Virus record (IMG/VR): IMGVR_UViG_3300005611_000161
Coordinates: 1 to 27,887 of that record
Strand: one strand, 5' to 3'
Source of the DNA: a virus
Lineage: Duplodnaviria > Caudoviricetes
Length of the DNA stretch: 27,887 nucleotides
Of this stretch, positions 16,295 through 25,779 are shown piece after piece (positions within the stretch are counted from its first letter, which is position 1; each line of letters opens with the position of its first letter). Made by a program: the position numbers and the translations under genes. The notes beneath the pieces were generated by a model. The model did no database searches and was not told where the DNA came from. It saw only the letters and a list, made by a program, of their open reading frames with translations.

Positions 16295-16881
16295 TATTTT
16301 TTCTCCTTTCCTAATTTAACTCTTGCTATATTGGCTTCATAGACATTGAAAAATTCTTCAGGTAATGTTTGACCTAAAGAATATCTGTCTTTAGCAAAAG
16401 CTTTGAGTGTTTGTGGATGCACGGTTGACTTTTCATCATAATCAATATTTTTAAATTCTTTATTTAAAACTTTGATTAAACGATCAGCTTCATCGTACTC
16501 TCCTTTAGCGAAACTTACTTTAACGTCATGTTTAATAATTTCGCTGTGTCCATTTTCCTCTAACCAGTTAAGAGCTTGTGGTCTCTTTTCTTCTGATATA
16601 GAACAAAATATTTCTTCTTTAACAGAAATTTGACTACCATCTTCTAGTTCAAACTTCTTTAAACCAACTTGTGTCATAGCACCAGGTAGTTCATTTTCCT
16701 CTATCTCACGAATTTCAGCTTTTATTTGTTTAAGCTTTTCTTCCTGTTGATCGAGGTCTTTCTTCTTAGAAATAAGTTTATTACCAATTTGTGTAACGAT
16801 TTTTAAGCCGCCATCTGTTGGTAAAGACTTTTTCTTTTCATGTTCTTCGACTGCATCGAAAATCCACGTTTCTTTCGACAT
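16294..16881 (-). CDS. Conserved phage replication-module hypothetical protein (N-terminal coiled coil)
   Basis: 195 aa, coupled to neighbours by TAATG overlaps, GAAAGGAG RBS. Confidence 0.7.
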   Translation of the reverse strand: MSKETWIFDAVEEHEKKKSLPTDGGLKIVTQIGNKLISKKKDLDQQEEKLKQIKAEIREIEENELPGAMTQVGLKKFELEDGSQISVKEEIFCSISEEKRPQALNWLEENGHSEIIKHDVKVSFAKGEYDEADRLIKVLNKEFKNIDYDEKSTVHPQTLKAFAKDRYSLGQTLPEEFFNVYEANIARVKLGKEKK

Positions 16882-17213
16882 TACTCATTCTCCTTTCTCA
16901 GATTATTATATAGATCAACTTCTACAGAATAGTAACAAGAATTTTCTCTATCCCATTTTAAAAATTTAACTCGACCATTATTTACTTCTGCAGCAATCAT
17001 ACTTGCTATGGCAATAGCCACAGGATCACCCATTGGTAATATAAAATCGTCATTAGTAAAATCTTTAAGCTTTGACCTTAATAACCTTACGACAGGAGCA
17101 GATGATAAAGTGACTTGTCTACCAGGTAGTAATAGTAAATTTAATTCACCAAAACGACCTGCTGCAAGAATGTTCACTTTAGGATTTTCTTGCGTTACAT
17201 AAACTTTAGCCAT
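16881..17213 (-). CDS. Conserved phage hypothetical protein, small alpha/beta fold
   Basis: 110 aa, first gene of the leftward operon, AGAAAGGAG RBS. Confidence 0.7.
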   Translation of the reverse strand: MAKVYVTQENPKVNILAAGRFGELNLLLLPGRQVTLSSAPVVRLLRSKLKDFTNDDFILPMGDPVAIAIASMIAAEVNNGRVKFLKWDRENSCYYSVEVDLYNNLRKENE

Positions 17214-17237
17214 TTATTCTCCTTTCTTATTTTTATT

Positions 17238-17272
17238 ATTTACTTATATCGTAAGTCTATATATAAGTAAAT
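17238..17272. promoter_or_regulatory. Palindromic element forming a putative bidirectional promoter/operator between divergent genes
   Basis: Perfect 12-bp inverted repeat ATTTACTTATAT-N11-ATATAAGTAAAT. Both strands read TTTACT-N17-TATAAG. Confidence 0.55.
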
Positions 17273-17298
17273 TATTAAAAGAAAACAGAAAGATTTAA

Positions 17299-18777
17299 AT
17301 GCAAGTCGAATTTATTAACGAAGATAATTTTATTAAATATAAGTTCAAAACTAAACCTTATAAACATCAATATGATGCTTTTTTAAAATGTAAGGATAAA
17401 GAAGCTTATGCTTTGTTTATGGAACAAGGTACAGGTAAGTCTAAAGTTATTATAGATAATATCGCTTATCTTTATAGAAAAGGTAAAATTGATACAGCAA
17501 TCATAGCAGCACCAAAAGGTGTCTATCGTAATTGGTTATCGTCAGAATTTAAAACTCATATGCCTGATGATGTAAAAGAACTAACTGACATTTGTGTTTG
17601 GTCTCCTAATGAAACTAAATCAAATGTAGAAATGTTAATTAATTTTTTAAAGCCATCGCATAAATTAAAATTTTTTATTATTAACATAGAAGCTTTATCT
17701 ACCGATAAGGGAAAAAATTATTTACATAGATTACTTAATACATCAGCATCTTTTTTCTGTATTGATGAAAGTACTACTATTAAACATCGTACAGCAAGAA
17801 GAACTAAATCAGTTTTAAAGTTAGGTCGTCTTGCTAAGTTTAGAAGAATATTAACAGGGACTCCAGTGACCCAAGGTCCATTAGACTTATGGTCTCAAAT
17901 TAATTTTTTAGATGAATACATACTTCAAAATAGTTTCTATGCATATCGTAATACTTATTGTGTTATGAGAAGACGTAGAACATCTACTCATAGTTTTGAT
18001 GAAGTCGTTAGTTATCAAAGATTAGATCAATTACAAAATACTTTAGAACCTTATAGTTTTAGAGTTACTAAAGATGAATGTTTAGATTTACCAGCTAAAG
18101 TAAGGTTAAAACGAGAAATAGAGCTTAGTAAAGACCAGAAGGCCATATATCACACTTTAAGAAAACGTGCTATACTAGAACTAGAACGTGAAAAGTTAGT
18201 GTCTGCGCCTCTTATAATCACACGAATATTACGTTTACAGCAGATTTTATGTGGTTTTATTAAATATGACGATGGTACAGAAGAAGTTATACCTGGAACT
18301 AACCCTAGACTAGAAGAACTACTAAATGTGCTTGAAGAGACACAAGGTGGAGTAATTATTTGGGCTACCTTTGTGAGTAGTATTAAATTGATTAGAAATG
18401 AACTTGCTAAAAGATATGGTGCTAGTAAAGTGGCTACATACTATGGAGAGACAGAAGCTGAACATAGACAAGAGATAGTTGAGAAGTTTCAAAGTGGAGA
18501 GATTAAATATTTTATAGGTCAACCTAGAACTGGAGGTTATGGTCTAACTTTAACTAATGCTAAAACAGTTATCTATTTTAATAATACATATGATATGGAA
18601 GTTAGATTACAGTCGGAAGATAGAGCACATAGAATTGGTCAAAAAGATAAAGTTACATATATAGATATCGTTTGTCCTAAAACGATAGATGAAAAGATAA
18701 TGGAAACTTTAAATAATAAAAAGAAACTAGCTGACGAAATAACAGGCGATAATTGGAAAGAATTATTTTCTCTTTAA
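17299..18777 (+). CDS. SNF2-family (SF2) DNA helicase
   Basis: YKHQ (Q motif), MEQGTGKS, IDEST, LTGTP, GGYGLTL, QSEDRAHRIGQ. Confidence 0.95.
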   Translation: MQVEFINEDNFIKYKFKTKPYKHQYDAFLKCKDKEAYALFMEQGTGKSKVIIDNIAYLYRKGKIDTAIIAAPKGVYRNWLSSEFKTHMPDDVKELTDICVWSPNETKSNVEMLINFLKPSHKLKFFIINIEALSTDKGKNYLHRLLNTSASFFCIDESTTIKHRTARRTKSVLKLGRLAKFRRILTGTPVTQGPLDLWSQINFLDEYILQNSFYAYRNTYCVMRRRRTSTHSFDEVVSYQRLDQLQNTLEPYSFRVTKDECLDLPAKVRLKREIELSKDQKAIYHTLRKRAILELEREKLVSAPLIITRILRLQQILCGFIKYDDGTEEVIPGTNPRLEELLNVLEETQGGVIIWATFVSSIKLIRNELAKRYGASKVATYYGETEAEHRQEIVEKFQSGEIKYFIGQPRTGGYGLTLTNAKTVIYFNNTYDMEVRLQSEDRAHRIGQKDKVTYIDIVCPKTIDEKIMETLNNKKKLADEITGDNWKELFSL

Positions 18778-19140
18778 TATATCAGCACCTTTAAGTCCAT
18801 AGATAGCAGAAACTACACCAATAAATAGAGCTTGGTACCAAAAAGGCATATTATTAAAATACTCAAAGAATTTTTCGACCTTGATCATAATTTCTGGATC
18901 ATCAGAAAAGATAGACCATACTAATAACATAACAGGAGCAGACACCAAGATAAGCACGAACTCATCTTTCCATCCCTGATTATTATTATCCATTACAGCT
19001 TTTTGGTATTCTACTTCTCCACGTGCCATCTTTTCAGCATGCATTTTTTCTGCATCTGACATAAGCATTTTAGTTTGCTGTCTATTTTTAAGAACGTGTG
19101 CTCCTACTTTAAAAGCACCCATAATAACATTAGCCCACAT
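18763..19140 (-). CDS. Putative holin
   Basis: Hydrophobic segments FVLILVSAPVMLLVWSIF and WYQALFIGVVSAIYGL, basic C-terminus, directly downstream of the endolysin. Confidence 0.65.
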   Translation of the reverse strand: MWANVIMGAFKVGAHVLKNRQQTKMLMSDAEKMHAEKMARGEVEYQKAVMDNNNQGWKDEFVLILVSAPVMLLVWSIFSDDPEIMIKVEKFFEYFNNMPFWYQALFIGVVSAIYGLKGADILKRK

Positions 19141-19570
19141 ATATATTTTCCTTATGCAACCACTGTGCTACATTAAAGCCTGGACAATTCTTTTTATTTT
19201 CTTGAAAATCTCCGTGGCCTACGATAGATTTAATTTCATATTTACTTTGCATTAAATCTACTACATTACTTAAACTTAAAAATTGCTCTAGTGTAAAATT
19301 ATTTTCTGGTTTATTATCTTCTGATAAACCACCTATTAAACATATACCTATACTTCTAGAATTTACAGCAGGTGCGTGTGCTCCTTGATAATCTATTTTT
19401 CTACCTTCTTCCACTGTACCATTACGTCTAATAATAAAATGATAACCTATATCTTCCCAACCATTATCATCTACGTGCCACTTTCTTATTTCATCTTTAC
19501 CAATATCCATAGATGGCTTAGTAGCAGCGCAATGAATAACTATTGTATCTGTTTTTTCTCTTATGACCAT
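19130..19570 (-). CDS. Endolysin, N-acetylmuramoyl-L-alanine amidase (T7 lysozyme/Amidase_2 family)
   Basis: IVIHCAAT, GWEDIGYHFII, GAH, SIGICLIGG, GH..KNCPGF zinc ligands. Confidence 0.93.
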   Translation of the reverse strand: MVIREKTDTIVIHCAATKPSMDIGKDEIRKWHVDDNGWEDIGYHFIIRRNGTVEEGRKIDYQGAHAPAVNSRSIGICLIGGLSEDNKPENNFTLEQFLSLSNVVDLMQSKYEIKSIVGHGDFQENKKNCPGFNVAQWLHKENIYVG

Positions 19571-19857
19571 ACGATTCCTTTTCGTTGCACTATTCTACAC
19601 TTTTTTGTTTTTAAATCTACTAGAATTATCTCTATATTTTTACCTTTGATCCGCGGCACACGATTAATGTAAGTACCATCTTTACGATAGTTTTGTGTTT
19701 TAACATCAAACATTCTTATTTCAAAGGTATGTGGATCAATAGCAACTAAGTCTACAGCAGATTGTGTTTGACATTGTTTAAAGACGTAATAATCTTTTTC
19801 TTGTAAATAACATATAGCAATATTTTCTGCGTAACAGCCTTTATTTTTTTGTATCAC
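19561..19857 (-). CDS. Small PD-(D/E)XK nuclease (Hjc/YraN-like), GTG start
   Basis: KGCYAENIA...VDLVA...FDVKT motif; TAGTG overlap with the upstream stop. Confidence 0.7.
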   Translation of the reverse strand: MIQKNKGCYAENIAICYLQEKDYYVFKQCQTQSAVDLVAIDPHTFEIRMFDVKTQNYRKDGTYINRVPRIKGKNIEIILVDLKTKKCRIVQRKGIVWS

Positions 19858-22800
19858 TACGGTCTCTTTTCTTCTTCAAATATTTTTCTTTCAATGTCTT
19901 CTGATTTTCTTCGTTTTTTACTATCCTTAATTCCTTTAGTTAATCTATTTATAATAGGCATAATATATTTTTTACCAACTTTAGAAGCAACATCTCCTAA
20001 TGTAGTAGCTGTCTTATCTATTGGATCAAATAATTGTGGTTCATCATCTTGTTGAGTATCATTAAATATATTACCAGCTTTTTCATTCATATACTCTCTA
20101 CCATATAAAGGATTAGTTTTAAAACTATATGGATTTCTAACACCTAATCCTCTATTAAATAATCCAAAATTAATTTTTTCAACTATACTATCAAATTTAC
20201 TTGGTGATAAATTATCAAAAAATTTAGGATAGTTTCCAGCTATAAAATTTTTCTTAGCTGCTTCTACAAATTTATTATAATCTCTTAATAAAGCTAAACT
20301 ATCACCTCCTAAATCAAAACCATCATAGATACGACCTAATCTATTAAGAATTAATCTTTTATGATTTAATGGTCCTGCAAATATATCAACAAATAATCCA
20401 GCTTTATTTGCAGCATCAGTTAAACCTGGTGCTCCTACTGCACCTAATGTTTCTCTAGTTTGTATTACTTCTAAAGCATTTGCCATACTTCTATGTGCAT
20501 TAAAGAAATCATCATTAAATAATTGTTTTATAATACTTCTATTTTTAGTTAAAAATTCATTTAATAATTTACCATTCATTGCTGTTATTCCACCACCTAA
20601 GTCGGAAGTAGTTCCTTTAATGAATTGATTTAAATATATTCTCCTAATATCAGTAATTAAATTATCTGGTAGTTTCTTTAATAATAAAGAAATGTTTTTC
20701 ATTTTACCTGAATTAATTATGTGTTCTACTATTCTACTTGGTGCTCCTGAATCTAGTATATTTACTTCTAAACCTGGAAGTGCTCTTGATAAAGTTGTTT
20801 GTATATCAGCAGTTTGTTGAATAATATTATCATAACTTTTCATTACACCTTCTGTGCCTTTAACAAAAGATTTATATTCTTTATCTCCTAATATCAATCT
20901 ATAATTTTTACCATATTGCTCTATGAATTCTTTATGAGACATCATACCTTTACTTCCTATTTCTTTAGGCTGTACTTTAGAAAAATAATTTTCATATAGT
21001 GCTGATTTCATTCTTGTAATTTCTGAAGAATTAAATAAACCTTTAGTTCTAATTAATTGACCTAATCTTGCTGAATTTTCTAACGCATCAGTCCCTTCAA
21101 CAAATCTTTCAAATATAGGTTTACCTTTAAATTGTACAGCTTCTGTAACTTTTTTACCAGGACCATATCCAAAGTTAGTAGCAAAATCTCTAAAGTATGA
21201 ATTTTGTTTTGCAGCTAATAACTCATCGTATTGAGTAATTTTTTTTGCAAGTTTAGGATTACCAGCAGTAGCATCATCTATTATTTTATTTAAACCACCT
21301 TTTAATTTTCTTAAACTTTGACCATATCCTTTTCCTATATCTGCATTATCTAAAGCTGTTATAACCATTGATCTTAATTTTACAGCTTCTGTTAAAGGCA
21401 TTTCTTCTATTGATTTTAAACCTTTTGATAATACTTGTATTTTATTTTTAGTTGCTGTAAATCCTCCATCAGCATCTAACATTCTAAACATATCATTAAT
21501 ATTTTCATTTTTAGCTCTTTGTTCTAATTGTTCTACTGATAATTTACTTTTTTGTTGTTTAGTTAAATTAGGAACTGGTCTAGTTTTCATTGTATAATTT
21601 TTTATTAAATTATTTAATAATTTTACTTCTTCACCAAAATCTGGATTTAATTGTACTTTAGAATTTCTAAGAGAAGCATCAATTTGATTTTTTAAATTAC
21701 CTAGTCTAGTTTCTAATTTACCAGTTACACCCGCAAATTCAATTCCAAAATCATCTACATAACTTTCAGTCCCTGATTTAAAAATATTATCTTTAGATTT
21801 TTGGATAATGTTAAAAGCTTCGCCTGCTTCTTTATTTACACTTTCTAATTCTAAATTTCTTATATTTCTAACATCTTGTTCTACACCTTCTATTAAAACA
21901 TCTGCCGCTTTATCATCTACTTTATTTAGTCCAGTTAAACTTTTTAATAATTTAGTTTCTACTTCTTTAATGTTAGCTTTAGTTTCTGCTGATTTTATTT
22001 GTTTAAAATATAACTTATCAGCTACTGTGCCTTTTTCTAATATACCAGCTTCTGGAATTGCTTTAGCTACAGATATTGCTAAATAATCATCAGCTTGTTT
22101 TTCTGTTAATCCATTAGCTATTAAAACTTTTCTAGCTTCATCTAAATTTTTAGCCATTTCTTTATCAATAGCACCACCTGCTTTAATAAATTTTTTCATT
22201 GTATCTACTGATAATCTTTCTTTAGGTGTAGTAAAGATAGCTTGCTTAACAATAGCAGCTAAAGGTAAAAATACAGCAGTGGCACCAGCATCAATAGCTC
22301 CATATAATAAAGCATCATCAAATGCTGCTTTGTCAAATTCTTCATCTGACATATAACTATTTAGTCCAAATTTATATCTTCCATACATTAGTCTTGCATA
22401 TTCACCTAATCCACCCGAAAATCCTGAACCTAATACTGTTCCTGCTGGACCTGCAATACTTCCAAAAGTACCACCCGCAACACTCATAGCAATAGGTATA
22501 CTATCACCTGATATTGCTGCTAAGTCTCCAGCATTTGGTAACATAGTTGGTGTATTAAATTTATAGTATTTACCATCGCCACCTAATTCTTTAGGTAGTT
22601 TAAATATCATGCCACTTGTTTTTTCTTGACCTTTTCCTACTTCTTTTATTTGTACGTCTATCTTATCTTTGTATTTTTCAACAAGTTCAGGTTTCATACC
22701 TTCTTCAATTAAATTTTGTCCTAATAAAAATTTAGCATTAAATATTTGAGAGTTAGGATCATTTAATCCAAAACTTAATTTACCTCTTACAGAAGCAGGA

Positions 22801-23135
22801 GCTTCTTTATCAGTTCGTATACCATAAAGATTAAATAGATCAGTTGTTGATGGCATAGCATAACTTAAAGTTTCATCTACGCCCATTAACTCTGGAGCTT
22901 GATTTGGATCAAGCTCTTTTTTAATTTTTTCTGATGTTTTTTTCATTAGATCATAGTCAAAACCTTCTACGTCTAATTGTTCTTTAAGATTAGTTTTTAC
23001 ACCTTCTGAATTTTTTAATTTAAAGTCTTCAGCACTTAGATTACCAGTTACTAAATTAAAAGCATCATCTTTACCTATTCCACCAGAAATAAGTGTATCA
23101 TAAGCTGATTGTTGTTTTGGATTTAAATCTGCCAA
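19857..23135 (-). CDS. Large internal virion/DNA ejection protein (TTG start)
   Basis: 1092 aa, helical and Gly/Ala-rich hydrophobic segment (AGGTFGSIAGPAGTVLGSGFSGG). Last in the podovirus ejection-protein series; GGAGG RBS before TTG. Confidence 0.65.
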   Translation of the reverse strand: MADLNPKQQSAYDTLISGGIGKDDAFNLVTGNLSAEDFKLKNSEGVKTNLKEQLDVEGFDYDLMKKTSEKIKKELDPNQAPELMGVDETLSYAMPSTTDLFNLYGIRTDKEAPASVRGKLSFGLNDPNSQIFNAKFLLGQNLIEEGMKPELVEKYKDKIDVQIKEVGKGQEKTSGMIFKLPKELGGDGKYYKFNTPTMLPNAGDLAAISGDSIPIAMSVAGGTFGSIAGPAGTVLGSGFSGGLGEYARLMYGRYKFGLNSYMSDEEFDKAAFDDALLYGAIDAGATAVFLPLAAIVKQAIFTTPKERLSVDTMKKFIKAGGAIDKEMAKNLDEARKVLIANGLTEKQADDYLAISVAKAIPEAGILEKGTVADKLYFKQIKSAETKANIKEVETKLLKSLTGLNKVDDKAADVLIEGVEQDVRNIRNLELESVNKEAGEAFNIIQKSKDNIFKSGTESYVDDFGIEFAGVTGKLETRLGNLKNQIDASLRNSKVQLNPDFGEEVKLLNNLIKNYTMKTRPVPNLTKQQKSKLSVEQLEQRAKNENINDMFRMLDADGGFTATKNKIQVLSKGLKSIEEMPLTEAVKLRSMVITALDNADIGKGYGQSLRKLKGGLNKIIDDATAGNPKLAKKITQYDELLAAKQNSYFRDFATNFGYGPGKKVTEAVQFKGKPIFERFVEGTDALENSARLGQLIRTKGLFNSSEITRMKSALYENYFSKVQPKEIGSKGMMSHKEFIEQYGKNYRLILGDKEYKSFVKGTEGVMKSYDNIIQQTADIQTTLSRALPGLEVNILDSGAPSRIVEHIINSGKMKNISLLLKKLPDNLITDIRRIYLNQFIKGTTSDLGGGITAMNGKLLNEFLTKNRSIIKQLFNDDFFNAHRSMANALEVIQTRETLGAVGAPGLTDAANKAGLFVDIFAGPLNHKRLILNRLGRIYDGFDLGGDSLALLRDYNKFVEAAKKNFIAGNYPKFFDNLSPSKFDSIVEKINFGLFNRGLGVRNPYSFKTNPLYGREYMNEKAGNIFNDTQQDDEPQLFDPIDKTATTLGDVASKVGKKYIMPIINRLTKGIKDSKKRRKSEDIERKIFEEEKRP

Positions 23136-23147
23136 AATAAACCTCCA

Positions 23148-24494
23148 TTATTTTGTTAATAAATCAGTAGTTACTTGATCAACTAAATCATTTTGAGTTT
23201 TTATTTGCTCAGCTTTTGTTGATTTGAAAACACTAAATGGGTCTTGTAAAGGTTTATCAATTGTAGGTTGTAATTGATTATAATAGTAAGCATTAATAAC
23301 TCTAAATGGATTTCTTTCAGTATCACCATATAAACTCATTAATGTTTTATCATCAACTTCTTTAGTTAATTCTCCCGCTAAAGTTTCTGCCGATCTATTT
23401 TTGGATTCTTCTTCGAAGTTAATATCTTTTTCAGTAAATGCAATATTTTTTGCTAAATTACCTTGTAGCTTACTTATTTCTGATAATGCTTTTTGTGCTG
23501 ACACTAATTTTCTTAAAGCTTCAGGATTAGTAAATATATCTCCTGCTGTACTTAATAAAACTTGAATGTCTTTATCAGAAGCTGGATATAAATCTTTTAC
23601 TTGCGATACAATTGCAGCTTTAGTTAAAGCTTGAAATGTATCTTTAAATTCATTTTGTAAATTAATAGGAATAGATTTAATATCTTTTTGATTTATAATA
23701 TTTTTTCTTAATTCATCTATTTTTTCACTAAAACCTAACTCTTGTGCAATCTTTTCAAATGGTGTAAAGAAACCTTCTACTAAACCTGTAGGAGCTTGAA
23801 ATCCTTTTTGTGCTAATTTATATAATTCTGTAAATCTAGCATCTTGTGCTTGATACTTAGTATCTGTATCTCTTTTTCTAGAAAGAAATCCACCTTCACC
23901 TGTGTATTCTTTTAATATTGCTTCTTCTAATGTATCTCTAATTCTAGGTGGTTCTCCTTTAAGTGCTTTTGCTAAAGAAGCTTGTGCTTTAGTTCTTTCA
24001 ATATCTTGTTCTCTTTCTTTTTGACCAATGGCAATTCCTTCCATTATACCTTTCTTTTGACCTTTAGCAACTTTACCTACTAAAGAAGAAGCTTGCCCTA
24101 TTGGAGTATATTGAGATGATTCTATTAATGTATTTAGACCAGAAAGAAACATTGTACGTTTACCTGGATCAGTCATTACTTTTTCGTAATTTTTTTCCAT
24201 ATAATTACTAAAGTTAGAAAGAGCTTTACCAACTTTTTTTCCAAAATTTAATGCTTTTCCATTTTCATTATCTTTATTTTCAACTTGATTAGATAAAGCA
24301 TCACCGCCTTTAACTTCTATTTTATTATCTTCTTTAGCTTTAGCTCTAGCTTCACTTTCTGCTCTTTTAGTTGCTCTACGATCCGCAGCTTCCATTAATG
24401 CTGCAACTGAATCTAAATTATCAGAATCAGATAATACTTTTAATGAATCTTTATCTGCTACTGATTCAATATCTTTTTCATCTAGTGTTGCCAT
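23148..24494 (-). CDS. Putative internal virion/ejection protein
   Basis: 448 aa, coiled-coil rich, syntenic between two other ejection-type proteins. Confidence 0.55.
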   Translation of the reverse strand: MATLDEKDIESVADKDSLKVLSDSDNLDSVAALMEAADRRATKRAESEARAKAKEDNKIEVKGGDALSNQVENKDNENGKALNFGKKVGKALSNFSNYMEKNYEKVMTDPGKRTMFLSGLNTLIESSQYTPIGQASSLVGKVAKGQKKGIMEGIAIGQKEREQDIERTKAQASLAKALKGEPPRIRDTLEEAILKEYTGEGGFLSRKRDTDTKYQAQDARFTELYKLAQKGFQAPTGLVEGFFTPFEKIAQELGFSEKIDELRKNIINQKDIKSIPINLQNEFKDTFQALTKAAIVSQVKDLYPASDKDIQVLLSTAGDIFTNPEALRKLVSAQKALSEISKLQGNLAKNIAFTEKDINFEEESKNRSAETLAGELTKEVDDKTLMSLYGDTERNPFRVINAYYYNQLQPTIDKPLQDPFSVFKSTKAEQIKTQNDLVDQVTTDLLTK

Positions 24495-24497
24495 AAA

Positions 24498-25331
24498 TTA
24501 CATGAATGATCCAAGAGCCTGTGCGCCACCAACGATTTGTCCAAATATACTTGGAGCACCTACTGGTGTACCTACAGTTCCTGATCTTTCTTCTCCATAA
24601 GTTCTTATAGGAGCACCTGCTAATGCGCCAACAACTTGTCTTACTTGTTCTACAGGGTACTCTCTACGTTCAATGAAATCTCTATATGCCTCTGCAAGTC
24701 CAGCTTGTTCGATACCTCTTGCTGTTGCACCAAGTGTCGATAGTCCTTGTATCGCTCCAGCAGTTCCTGAAAGTTGTGCTTGCGCAGCTTGTAATTGCGA
24801 AGCACGATCAGCAGCAAACCTAGCTGCTCCTGATTCAAAACCAGCTTGTCTTAGACGACTTGAAATATCGCCAACTTGATCTAAGAACCTTTCTGTTCCT
24901 AAAGCTCGTTCTACACCAAAACGAGTTCCACCAAATGCGCCAGCTCCGACGGCTGTAGCACTTAAGGCACGTTGTGCTTGTTGATATTGTTCTTCAACAT
25001 CTCCAATTGCACCCTTAATCACTTGAGATTCATAAGGGTTCATATACTGTTGAGCAACAGTAGGCGTAAATCTTTGTTCTCCAATAGCACGAAGTTGTTG
25101 AGTTTGAGGTAGTAATTGTTGTGTTGCTACATTAGCAGCTTGTTGTTCTAAAGCACTTAAAGGAGCAATCATTTGACCTGTATATGCTTCGTAAGGTCTT
25201 TGTCCTACTTCTTCTGCTCTTTTTAAAGTTCTCTCTTGAATATCTTTAAAATATTGTGGTATGTCATAACTTGTTTGTTGCTGAGATGGTGCTTGTACAA
25301 CAGTTGTTTGTGGTTTGAAAATACTACCCAT
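24498..25331 (-). CDS. Putative DNA transfer/pilot protein (P22 gp7-like position)
   Basis: Gln/Ala/Gly-rich, YMNPY and GAFGGTR motifs, Gly-rich hydrophobic C-terminus. Confidence 0.6.
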   Translation of the reverse strand: MGSIFKPQTTVVQAPSQQQTSYDIPQYFKDIQERTLKRAEEVGQRPYEAYTGQMIAPLSALEQQAANVATQQLLPQTQQLRAIGEQRFTPTVAQQYMNPYESQVIKGAIGDVEEQYQQAQRALSATAVGAGAFGGTRFGVERALGTERFLDQVGDISSRLRQAGFESGAARFAADRASQLQAAQAQLSGTAGAIQGLSTLGATARGIEQAGLAEAYRDFIERREYPVEQVRQVVGALAGAPIRTYGEERSGTVGTPVGAPSIFGQIVGGAQALGSFM

Positions 25332-25779
25332 TGATTATATATGTTCCTCCAATAACGTCAAATCCTAATTTAGTAAAAGCATCGTGTTTTCTTACGACAT
25401 CTTTACCTTGAAATATTTCGCATATCGCAGTTAATCTATTTGCTAATGCGTGTTCTTTAAATACTATCATTAATGATCTAAAGACATGAAAGTTTCTAAA
25501 CTTAGGATTAACATGTAACCATAAAGTTCTTAGAAACTTTTTGTCACTATACCACGTTTCGTCAACAGTCGCTGCTAACGTACCAACGATAATATTTTCA
25601 TATTCTACTACTATAACAAAACTATTACGAATGTAAAATATTATATTTTCTAAAGACTTTTTATTATTAGCATTTCCGAAGTTGAATGGAGCTTCTTTTA
25701 ACCACGTTTTAAGTAGTTCTCTAATATGGACAGCATCGGATATTCGAGCTTGTCTTATGGTATATTTATCTTTTTCCAT
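25324..25779 (-). CDS. GNAT-fold acetyltransferase in virion module
   Basis: IRQARISD, IIVG, LHVNPKFRN (motif A), KLGF (motif B). Confidence 0.75.
   Translation of the reverse strand: MEKDKYTIRQARISDAVHIRELLKTWLKEAPFNFGNANNKKSLENIIFYIRNSFVIVVEYENIIVGTLAATVDETWYSDKKFLRTLWLHVNPKFRNFHVFRSLMIVFKEHALANRLTAICEIFQGKDVVRKHDAFTKLGFDVIGGTYIING

Noticed and set aside
481-17228. Recurring TTCTCCTTTC motif (near 483, 2807, 16301, 16888, 17217) as a dispersed repeat
   Set aside because: It is the reverse complement of a strong Shine-Dalgarno (GAAAGGAGAA) just upstream of - strand start codons.
17008-18522. ORFs 17008..17202 (+) and 18322..18522 (-)
   Set aside because: Short antisense shadows within supported genes.
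19376-24879. ORFs 19376..19672, 19849..20055, 21808..22086, 24673..24879 (+) and 24650..24838 (-)
   Set aside because: Antisense or out-of-frame overlaps of longer virion/lysis genes, with no independent support.
24498-25331. Locally higher GC as a sign of horizontal insertion
   Set aside because: Explained by the Ala/Gly/Gln-rich composition of the pilot-type protein.
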